From Geopsychrobacteraceae bacterium (GTDB lineage: Bacteria; Desulfobacterota; Desulfuromonadia; Desulfuromonadales; Geopsychrobacteraceae): a stretch of DNA of 64,000 nt. Below are positions 39,016-47,399 of this stretch, piece by piece. Position 1 is the stretch's first letter. Every line of letters starts with the position of its first letter. The stretch lies in the NCBI GenBank assembly GCA_963662315.1, contig OY759353.1, forward strand, positions 4,544,001-4,608,000, written 5' to 3'. The position numbers and the translations under genes were made by a program. The notes below the pieces were generated by a model. It saw only the letters and a program-made list of their open reading frames with translations. It did not search any database and was not told where the DNA came from.

Positions 39016-39618
39016 TCAGGGAACGATGACTCTGGCGGCCAGATTCTGCAATTCCACGATTTCGTACATGTTGGTGACACGCCCAACTTTGAGTTCGTCC
39101 TTACGATTGTAGAAGTCAAGGCAAAGACCACAGCTGGCCAGATCAACTCCCCGATCCTTTAACTTTACCAGAGCTTCTAGTATATCGCCTTCTTCAGTCG
39201 TAAGATTTATGCCACTGTTGACAAAGAGTATATGGCTTGGTAGCGGATCCATTTCAAGGAGGGTCATCAGGAAATTCTTCATCAGTATTTTGCCAAAAGC
39301 GTCGTCACCTTGTCCCATGCGATCACTGCCGCAGTAAACGACCGAGGCTTGTTTCTGGGGAGATGTTTGCAGAGCTTCGGCCTGATGGGTTTGTGCAGGG
39401 ATACTCCCCTCCGGGGTTAGGGTCAGTGTGAAGCCAGGACCTTTGGCTTCAGCGAGTGCCTGGTAACCCATTTTCGCGGCTAGGCGCGAAACGTTGTCTT
39501 TTCCTGCTTCGTCGCCGACGCAAACTTCCAGAACCACCCCCGGATTAGCGAGAATCTGTTTGCGGGTTTCAATGACAGGGTAGGGGCACTGATGCTGACT
39601 GTAGTCGAGTTTGATCAT
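39016..39618 (-). CDS. yedF: Sulfurtransferase-like selenium metabolism protein YedF (SirA/TusA plus DsrE-like domains)
   Basis: N-terminal CPYPV (CPxP); MGQGDD.FG.ILM..F, FVNSG, SCGLCLDFY, VGRVTNMYEI. Confidence 0.85.
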   Translation of the reverse strand: MIKLDYSQHQCPYPVIETRKQILANPGVVLEVCVGDEAGKDNVSRLAAKMGYQALAEAKGPGFTLTLTPEGSIPAQTHQAEALQTSPQKQASVVYCGSDRMGQGDDAFGKILMKNFLMTLLEMDPLPSHILFVNSGINLTTEEGDILEALVKLKDRGVDLASCGLCLDFYNRKDELKVGRVTNMYEIVELQNLAARVIVP

Positions 39619-39737
39619 GACGATATGTCCTTCATTATTCGGAGGTAAAAAAGATTAAGCATTACAATAGAAACAACTCTAATTGATTGTATCGGAGAAT
39701 TCAATGCGGCGGATCTTCTTTGGCATATCACGGGCAC

Positions 39738-39766
39738 AAAAAAAAGCCCGGCGCGTACACCGGGCT
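39738..39766 (-). terminator. Intrinsic terminator after the porin gene
   Basis: Minus strand AGCCCGG-tgtacgcg-CCGGGCT-TTTTTTT. Confidence 0.85.
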
Positions 39767-39797
39767 GCAAATAGATTGCATGGGAACTTAAGTAGAC

Positions 39798-42152
39798 TCA
39801 GAATTTCCAGCCGAGACCGACATAACCGTAGTAAGTGGTCCCATCCTCATTTCCGTAGACATACTCTTCCTGCATATCGAAGATGTCGTAGGTAAAAGAG
39901 GCTTTGGCATAAACATTCTCTGTAAATGCGTATGTTCCACCGATAGTCATCTGATACTGTTCGTAGGACAAGTCTGAATAGGAGTCGATCAGGTTGTTCA
40001 ATTCTGCAGTGTCATAGACCGCTCCCGCGTTAAGAGCGCCACTTCTGATAACGACCTCACCCAAAGACGCTCTTTCATAAAAGGTCCATTCCCAATCGTC
40101 TTGTGCCTTGTTATAGACAAAGCTTGCATTGATTTTAAGTTTCTTGGTTGCCTGATAGTCAGCGGCAAAGGACAACGTATGAACCTGGGATTTGTAGTCA
40201 ACATCATCATCACATACTGAACCAACAAGGTATTGTTTTGCACTTGTCTCCGACAACGTCGGAGATACGTCGTTCGCTCAGCCATGGTACCAGCCAACAC
40301 AGGCCCGGTTTTGTGTATCCCGCTTGCTGAATGTGTACGACATGGTTAAATTCAGCTTGTCTGTTGGTGCGTACCAGATATTCGCACCGGGGACAAAAGT
40401 TGACTGTTTGAAGCCAACTTCGTCATTTTCTTCGTAGCGTAGCCGCGTGAAAAAGGTTGCAGCAATATTGGCGGCAGGAGACCAAGTGGTATTTATCTTG
40501 CCCTCATGGACTGTATCCGGCTGATTTGTTGCGGCAAGATCGCGTTTTGGATATACGGCATTCCAGTACGCTAGATCCCCGGCAGCGAACACTGTGCTGG
40601 CATCTCCGATAATCTCATAAACCAGGCCAGAACCATCAACATTGGTGCCGTCAAGCTGGTATATACCGGTTGCTTCGTCAGCTCCAAAGGGGTCATCGAT
40701 ATTCTGGTATTCATAACTCACTCGGCCGGAAAGTTTTTTGTTGAAACGACTTTTTAACGCGGCCTTGAATGTATGGGTGGTTGTTTCGCCCAGTTCCTCT
40801 TCCTCGCGCTCGACATTTTCATACTCATAGCCAAGGCGTAAAGTCGTGGCTTTGGCCAGTCGATATACCGCGTCAACTCCTAGGTTCGAGACTTTTCTTT
40901 CTTCAGCTGAAGACCATTTATCTGTTGCGCTGTCAAACGGCAAGACAAAGGAACCTAAGACATCTTCTCTTTCTGGATAGGTGATGGCATTACTGTTGGT
41001 GTCAATTTCGTACGTACTGCCGTGGAGCGACAACTTTAAGACGGAATTGATCCTGGTTGCCAGCTTGACACCGAATGATTCCATTTCGGTTGACAGAGTG
41101 TTGTTCTCCAAAGAGAAGGAGGCGTCAGGTGCTTTGGTACTTTCGACATCTGCCTTCACATAGCTGGCGCTGATATTTGTATCCTTGGTGAAATCGATCC
41201 GCGCTTTCAGCATGTGGCTGTCTTTTTCCGAGTCGGGAGTTTTTCCGTACTCAAGTTCAGACGCTGCTGTAGTCCCTGCTCCGTACAGCAAATAGTCACC
41301 GGAATGGGTCGTTGTAGCGGTGTCGTAAAGGCGTGTTGGAGTGGCACCGTTTTCTTCGAAGGTCCTGGTCAGGTATTCGTACTCAACGGTTGCCAGACCG
41401 AACTTGCCTGTGACTCCGAAGCTGATGTCCCTTGTCCTTTCATTGATTTCTTTGCTCTCCGCATTTACGTGACAGGCGTCGCACTTGCTGAGCCCGATGG
41501 TTTGTTCCAAGCCTTCCCGGTCCTCAATTCTGATCCCGGCATGGAAGGTGATATTGGGCAAGCCTGGCAGTGTGAGATCGGCTTCGTTTTTAAACTCGCG
41601 CCGGGTGGTTATATAATCGTTGGAGATTTCCTGGTCATACGCGGATTGTGCATCCCGCGTCGGATCATAGAGCCTGGTGTCGTGGCTAGCCTCAGGTGTT
41701 GCATAGCCTGAAGGAACCGTTGCATCGGAAAAGATAGTTGGCTGTCCTGCTTTTAAGTCACCAACCATTGTCGCACCGATATGCTCCAGATTATCGTGGT
41801 CTTTCCAGTGTTCCAGAGCCGAGTATTCGCTTTTGAGGCGAATAATGCGCTTGGCGTCAAATTCCAGGTTGTACTGCTGATCTCGTGGGCCTTGAATGTC
41901 GGCATCAAATTTAAAAGCAGAATGGTCAGCCTGCGTTTCTATGGAAACTTTAGGCGCGAAGCTGAGACCTTCCTCAGAACGGCCCTTAACATATTCATTG
42001 ACGCGTGCAGGGTTGTCCTTGGTATCGACGCTTGAAACTCCGATTTCGACGGAGCCCCTTGAGACGGTCCCTTCTGCTATTGCCAGGGACGTCATTCCAA
42101 GCATGACCAGGATTGACAACGATGCAAACAGCCAGAGATGGCGGTGCTTCAT
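39798..42152 (-). CDS. MtrB/PioB-like outer-membrane beta-barrel with one CXXCH and a predicted selenocysteine (TGA 40278-40280 = U625), 784 aa
   Basis: ORFs 40278-42167 and 39798-40256 are in the same frame, separated by one TGA. Signal peptide; alternating beta-strand pattern on both sides of the TGA; C-terminal OMP signature YVGLGWKF; CDACH; SECIS-like hairpin 12 nt after the TGA; ATG 42152 after GAGGAGG. Confidence 0.85.
40247..40265 (-). promoter_or_regulatory. Bacterial SECIS-like element
   Basis: mRNA UGA-GCGAACGACGUA-UCUCCGAC-GUU-GUCGGAGA: perfect 8-bp stem, apical loop starting GU, loop 20 nt from the UGA. Confidence 0.75.
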
Positions 42153-42167
42153 GTTTGTCCTCCTCAA

Positions 42168-43154
42168 TTAGCGGGTCAACCCGGTGCCGGTTAGTGGTTG
42201 AGACGGGAAGTCACTACCATGAACAACTTTGTGACATGATGTACATTTGGTTCCGAATGACATCTGCCATCCCTCTGCGCCATGTGGATTCGCCCGGGCA
42301 ATATCCGCTCCCGCAGCGACTTGTTCTGACGTGGGAGTATAGCCTTCGCGGAGCATATGAAAATGCCCTTCATGGCATTGCAGGCACAGGAATGGCTCGT
42401 TCTGAACCAGCATGTTGTTGGCGACTGAGCCATGAGGGTCATGGCAGATGGTGCAATCGTCTTCAACCGGGGCATGCCCGAAGACAAAGGGCCCCTGGTA
42501 ACGGCTGTGGCAGTCAAGGCACAGATCGTTGGTGCGCTCATGGGTGTTGAGCTCACCGTGCGGGTTGTGGCAGTCCGCACAATCCATTTTTCCTTCTTTG
42601 ATTGGATGATGAGAGGGGAAGTTGCTTTTCGCCATCATCTCCTGGTGGCAGGAGTAACAGAGCTGTGGATCTTCCTGTTTCAGGCTGGCTTTCAGCGGTT
42701 CTTCAGAGTGCATGGTGTGGCAGTCGGTACAGCTGAGATCTGCTAAGGCATGCTCACTATGAGTCCAGTCCATCAGGCCTCCAGCGCTATGGCAGGTGGC
42801 ACAGATCGCCCCGGTTTCTTCGGCAGCAAGCTGGGCTGGACGCAGAATGTGGCTGGTGTCGCCTTCTCCTGCAACGTGCAGGCTGCCTGGACCATGGCAG
42901 GATTCACAGCCTTTTTCAGCGCCCATCATTTCAAAATCAGCCAGACGCCCGTGGACGTTGCGACTGAACTGTTCTGCCATACCTTCATGACATTCCAGGC
43001 AGGTATCCTGCCCGATGTAGCTGGCACCTTCAATTTCCGGCATGGTCAGCAGCTTTTGCCTGATCGCTCCGGTCGCACACGCGGCCAGAATAAGAATCAG
43101 GGGGATCAAGCAGACCAGCCGGCCCTTTCTGGTGCCGGATGATTTGAATCGCAT
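42168..43154 (-). CDS. Decaheme c-type cytochrome (MtrA/DmsE-like), lipoprotein signal
   Basis: 10 CXXCH motifs (CLECH, CESCH, CATCH, CTDCH, CYSCH, CADCH, CLDCH, CTICH, CLQCH, CTSCH); GPFVFGH.PV, VHGS; lipobox LAAC. Confidence 0.93.
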   Translation of the reverse strand: MRFKSSGTRKGRLVCLIPLILILAACATGAIRQKLLTMPEIEGASYIGQDTCLECHEGMAEQFSRNVHGRLADFEMMGAEKGCESCHGPGSLHVAGEGDTSHILRPAQLAAEETGAICATCHSAGGLMDWTHSEHALADLSCTDCHTMHSEEPLKASLKQEDPQLCYSCHQEMMAKSNFPSHHPIKEGKMDCADCHNPHGELNTHERTNDLCLDCHSRYQGPFVFGHAPVEDDCTICHDPHGSVANNMLVQNEPFLCLQCHEGHFHMLREGYTPTSEQVAAGADIARANPHGAEGWQMSFGTKCTSCHKVVHGSDFPSQPLTGTGLTR

Positions 43155-43350
43155 GTTGCCTCCTTCAGTTCACAATCGGTGTGAAAATAGAACTTGCATG
43201 TGGCAGTGGTAAGTCCTGTTATCCTTTCAGATAGACCTCCTTTCCGCGCAGAATAGTTATTCTGATCTATGCCTGATGTGTTACAATTCATGACGTTCTG
43301 ATACTAACTCAGCTATAAACTGATGTTGAAACGAATCATTTTCATAACTG

Positions 43351-43367
43351 TATTAGTAAAACTGATA
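43351..43367. promoter_or_regulatory. Candidate LysR recognition site (T-N11-A dyad)
   Basis: TATTAGTAAAACTGATA imperfect palindrome in the divergent promoter region. Confidence 0.5.
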
Positions 43368-43396
43368 ACTACCCTTTTTGATATCTGGAAAACCGA

Positions 43397-44305
43397 ATGG
43401 ACACCCGTTATCTCAAGACGCTTATCACCATCAACGATACCGGCAGTTTTTCTCAAGCCGCGAAAACACTCCATATTACCCAGTCTGCTGTTTCTCAACG
43501 GATCAAGTTTCTCGAGGATGCCTTTGGTTACGATCTATTTGATCGTTCCGGAGGGACGCTTTCATTGACCAGCCCTGGGGAGATTGTGCTGGATAACGCG
43601 AAGAGAATGCTGGCTATTGAAGCTGAAATGCTGGCTAAACTAAAACGTATAAAAGAGCGGCAGAAGGTTTCTCTTTGCTGTACGCCAACTTTCGGGACCG
43701 TTTATCTGCCCGGTGTTCTGAATCGTTTTATGCTCACCAGCGGGGCTCCTGCTGATCTTAAATTTTTACTGCATAGCCCCGATCAGGCTCTGGAAGGAAT
43801 TATGCTGAAGGAGTTTGATATCGCTATTGTTGAACATTGCGCCAATGCTGATTTGAGCCTGTTTCAGTCCTATTCTTTGCCTGATGATCAATTACTGTTT
43901 GTTAGTTCTCCCAAGCTGGGTTTGGCCACGCCGCAAATTGCTCTTGAGGAGTTATTTAATTATTGTCTGTTCGCGCGTAAGGAAGGGTGCAGTTCGCGGC
44001 AATTGATCGGTAGTGGGCTTGATACCTTTGGCTATAGTCTGGATAATTTTTCCGGAGTCGTCACATCCGATGACTTGCGTCTGACCTGTCATACTGTTCT
44101 GTCAGGTGGTGGGATTTCCTTCCTGTCAAAAAGCCTGGTCTGTGAATACCTGGAAACCGGGCAGATGGTGGGTCATTATGTCCAAGACTTTCCCCATTCC
44201 CGTAAGCGGTCAGTTGTTATGCAAAAAGGCCGTGAAACGGAACCTCTTATCAGCAGTTTTGTACGCTGCATTTTCAATGTTATGGATGTCCCGTCACCAT
44301 TCTGA
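43397..44305 (+). CDS. LysR family transcriptional regulator
   Basis: GSFSQAAKTLHITQSAVSQRIKFLE..G..LFDR; 302 aa; divergent from the cytochrome gene. Confidence 0.95.
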   Translation: MDTRYLKTLITINDTGSFSQAAKTLHITQSAVSQRIKFLEDAFGYDLFDRSGGTLSLTSPGEIVLDNAKRMLAIEAEMLAKLKRIKERQKVSLCCTPTFGTVYLPGVLNRFMLTSGAPADLKFLLHSPDQALEGIMLKEFDIAIVEHCANADLSLFQSYSLPDDQLLFVSSPKLGLATPQIALEELFNYCLFARKEGCSSRQLIGSGLDTFGYSLDNFSGVVTSDDLRLTCHTVLSGGGISFLSKSLVCEYLETGQMVGHYVQDFPHSRKRSVVMQKGRETEPLISSFVRCIFNVMDVPSPF

Positions 44306-44334
44306 TTCTGGACATTCACGCGGAGAATCTGAAC

Positions 44335-44375
44335 AAAAAAAGGCCTCGTACTCTATGGAGTAGCGAGGCCTTTTA
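44335..44375. terminator. Bidirectional terminator between lysR and rlmD
   Basis: AAAAAAAGGCCTCG...CGAGGCCTTTT. Confidence 0.85.
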
Positions 44376-44418
44376 ATCTATTACAGATTACCAGGTGAAA
44401 ATACAACCGAGGCTGGTT

Positions 44419-45867
44419 TTAACCCAGTTTTAGATGGACAACAGTTTCAATATGGGCGGTCTGAGGGAACATGTCAACCGGCTGTACCCTGATTATCTGG
44501 TAGCCATTTTTGCCAAGGATGGCCAAGTCGCGGGCCAAGCTGTCAGGATCGCATGAAACATAGATGATCTGTTCTGGTTGTACTCCTCCCAATGCGGCCA
44601 GCAGTTCTTCCGAACAGCCTTTGCGGGGTGGATTGACTGTAACCAGTTTGGGCTTTCTGCCGCCTGCGGCAACTTTCTGAAATTCTATGGCGGCATCACC
44701 TGACAAGAAACGGGTGTTGTCCAGCTGATTAAAACGGGCATTCTCTGCAGCGTTTCTAACCGCTTCAGCAACATATTCAATGCCAATCACATAGCCGGCA
44801 TCCTGGGCCAGATGCAGAGCAATTCCGCCGATACCACAGAACAGGTCGATAGCCGTGTCCTGCCTGGTCAGGCCGGCCCATTTACGGACCATGGCGTAAA
44901 TGCGGGCAGCCTGCAGGGTATTGACCTGAAAAAAAGCTTCAGGAGACATGCGTAGTTTAATGTCACCGACCTGATCGATGAGGTCGGGCAGGCCAAAGAC
45001 TTTGCGCGTTTCCTGACCGATAATCACGTTGCCACCGGAACTGTTGATGTTCTGATGTACGCCGATGACTTCGGGAGCTTTGCGCATCAGCCATTTGGCC
45101 AGGTTTGGCAGGTACTGGTGATCTTCATAATGACAGACAAAAGTGACCAGTGCTTTGTTGCTGGTCGGACTGACTCGGATCATCAGATAGCGGAGCAAGC
45201 CATTCTGATGCACGGGACTGTACACTGATATCTTCTGGCGTTGGACTTCTTCTCTGACAATCGCAGCAACTTTGTTGATCAAGGGGTGATGAACCGGACA
45301 GTCCGGGCAGTCGATGACCGCGTGGCTGCCGCGTTGATAGAGCCCCAACAACACCTGTTCACGTTTGCGGCCAAATACCAGTTTGGCACTGGCCCGGTAG
45401 TGGGTCGGGTCGGGGGAGGCCAGAACCGGTTCAACGTTGATCTCCGGGCTCAGTTTTTGCTCAGCAAAAGCGTTGCAGACACGGTGTTTTTTATAGTCCA
45501 GCTGGGCCGGATATTTCATCGCGATCAGTGAACATCCCAGGCATTTCTGCTCAATTCTGCAGGGTGGATTGGCTGTCCGTTCGGGAGCATTGCGTAACAC
45601 GCGTTTCAACTGCGTATATATATGGGTTTTGCCGATGTGATCAACTTCAGCAACAACGGTTTCTCCCGGGAAAGCCCCTTGGACCAGGGCAATTTTTCCT
45701 TCATGAGGCGCCAGGCCAACCCCCTCGGTATCAAGCCGGTCTATGGTGAGCTTGATGGTTTCTTTGGTTGGTGCTTTAGTGGGTTTTTGCTGAGCGGGTT
45801 TTGATGTTGCTTTTTCCGGTTTGGCAGTTTTCCCTCTAACAGCTTTGTTTTTGATTGTTTTACGCAT
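44419..45867 (-). CDS. rlmD: 23S rRNA (uracil-5)-methyltransferase RlmD
   Basis: TRAM domain, Fe-S Cys cluster, AFFQVN, DLFCGIGG, NPPRKG, YVSCDP, DMFPQT.HIE. Confidence 0.92.
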   Translation of the reverse strand: MRKTIKNKAVRGKTAKPEKATSKPAQQKPTKAPTKETIKLTIDRLDTEGVGLAPHEGKIALVQGAFPGETVVAEVDHIGKTHIYTQLKRVLRNAPERTANPPCRIEQKCLGCSLIAMKYPAQLDYKKHRVCNAFAEQKLSPEINVEPVLASPDPTHYRASAKLVFGRKREQVLLGLYQRGSHAVIDCPDCPVHHPLINKVAAIVREEVQRQKISVYSPVHQNGLLRYLMIRVSPTSNKALVTFVCHYEDHQYLPNLAKWLMRKAPEVIGVHQNINSSGGNVIIGQETRKVFGLPDLIDQVGDIKLRMSPEAFFQVNTLQAARIYAMVRKWAGLTRQDTAIDLFCGIGGIALHLAQDAGYVIGIEYVAEAVRNAAENARFNQLDNTRFLSGDAAIEFQKVAAGGRKPKLVTVNPPRKGCSEELLAALGGVQPEQIIYVSCDPDSLARDLAILGKNGYQIIRVQPVDMFPQTAHIETVVHLKLG

Positions 45868-46040
45868 AGTTAATTACGAGCTCCTGACAGCCTTGAAAAA
45901 AGAAACGCAGCTTACTCTCTGGCGGGGGGGGCTGTCAATTATTGTCCTCTTGTTTCTGCTTGGCAAGTTGGCTAGACTGCTTCTCAGTAAACTTTATCGG
46001 TACGAAATAGCATTTATATAAACCTGCAGGAGAAATAAAC

Positions 46041-47126
46041 GTGCGGCAACAGACACGTCAGATAAAACTGGGAGATCTTAAAATTGGCGGCGATGCTCCG
46101 GTCAGCATCCAATCTATGTGCAATACCGATACCCGTGATGTCGCGGCCACATTAGCCCAGATTTCTGCGTTGCAGACGGCCGGTTGTGAAGTGGTTCGCT
46201 GTGCGGTGCCGGACCAGACCGCGGCGTTGGCGCTGGGAGACATAAAAAGAGGGATCGCTATTCCCTTGATAGCCGATATCCATTTTGACTATCGCCTCGC
46301 TTTGACGGCAGTCGAGCAGGGGGTTGACGGTCTGCGCTTGAACCCCGGCAATATCGGCGAAATCTGGAAAGTTAAAGAGGTGGTTCAGGCCTGCTCGGAA
46401 CGTCAGATGCCGATTCGCATTGGTGTTAATGCAGGTTCTCTTGAAGCGGACCTGCTCGCCAAGCATGGTCACCCAACGGCTGCGGCCATGGTGGAGAGTG
46501 CTCTGGGGCATATCCGGATTCTCGAAGAGCTCGGTTACCAGGAAATCAAAGTCAGTCTGAAAGCTTCCGATATTGCCCGTACGGTCGATGCTTACCGACT
46601 TCTGGCCGGGCAGGTTGATTATCCGCTGCATATCGGGATTACTGAAGCGGGTACCACCTGGAGTGGCACGATCAAGAGTGCCATTGGGATCGGGACTCTT
46701 CTTTGTGATGGCATGGGTGATACCTTGCGCGTGTCTTTGACCGGTGATCCGGTTGAAGAGGTCCGTGTCGGTTGGGAGATTCTTAAAAGCCTCAAGCTCA
46801 GGGAACGCGGGCCGGTATTTATCAGTTGTCCGACTTGCGGACGTTGCCAGATTGACCTGATCGGTACCGCAGAAGAGGTAGAACGGCGCCTGAAGGACCT
46901 GCCTTTACCATTGACTATTGCGGTCATGGGGTGTGTTGTCAACGGGCCCGGGGAGGCGCGTGAGGCTGATCTTGGTATTGCCGGTGGAAAAGGGCAGGGA
47001 ATCTTGTTTCGGCATGGTGAAATCGTACGCAAAGTCCCCCAGGCGGAATTGGCCGATGCTCTGGTGGCAGAAGCATGGCGATTGATTGAAGAGCGGGGCA
47101 GGCATGAGGATAAGACCTCTGGATGA
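46041..47126 (+). CDS. ispG: 4-hydroxy-3-methylbut-2-en-1-yl diphosphate synthase
   Basis: IQSMCNT, IADIHF, RLNPGN, HIGITEAG, SCPTCGR, MGCVVNGPGE. Confidence 0.97.
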   Translation: MRQQTRQIKLGDLKIGGDAPVSIQSMCNTDTRDVAATLAQISALQTAGCEVVRCAVPDQTAALALGDIKRGIAIPLIADIHFDYRLALTAVEQGVDGLRLNPGNIGEIWKVKEVVQACSERQMPIRIGVNAGSLEADLLAKHGHPTAAAMVESALGHIRILEELGYQEIKVSLKASDIARTVDAYRLLAGQVDYPLHIGITEAGTTWSGTIKSAIGIGTLLCDGMGDTLRVSLTGDPVEEVRVGWEILKSLKLRERGPVFISCPTCGRCQIDLIGTAEEVERRLKDLPLPLTIAVMGCVVNGPGEAREADLGIAGGKGQGILFRHGEIVRKVPQAELADALVAEAWRLIEERGRHEDKTSG

Positions 47127-47399
47127 TTTGTTTGTCGGATATGATGACTGCCTGTAGCATTTCGTTCTGCAGGGGCGCTTGCTTCTCCTTTGGAGACGAT
47201 GCCTGCTGGCATGCATCCCAACTTGCTTTTCTTCCTGAATCGGGTTAATTTCCCCAATCAATCCTATCTATTTTTATGATTTCCGGTAAGGTTGCCTTTG
47301 GGTGTACCCTGGGACCTTGTGGCTTGAAACGATATAATTGATATTTGTGCCTTGTTATTGAATTGGTCATTATTTACTTAAACAACAGGAAGATTTTCT

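Noticed and set aside
39721..39736. GG-N10-GC sigma-54-like string on the + strand
   Set aside because: It points antisense to yedF and the porin with no gene to drive; likely chance
39798..40256. 152-aa ORF as an independent gene, or the porin as a nonsense pseudogene
   Set aside because: It has no signal peptide or evident RBS, and its TTG start lies inside the SECIS-like hairpin; Sec read-through explains all observations better, pending homolog alignment
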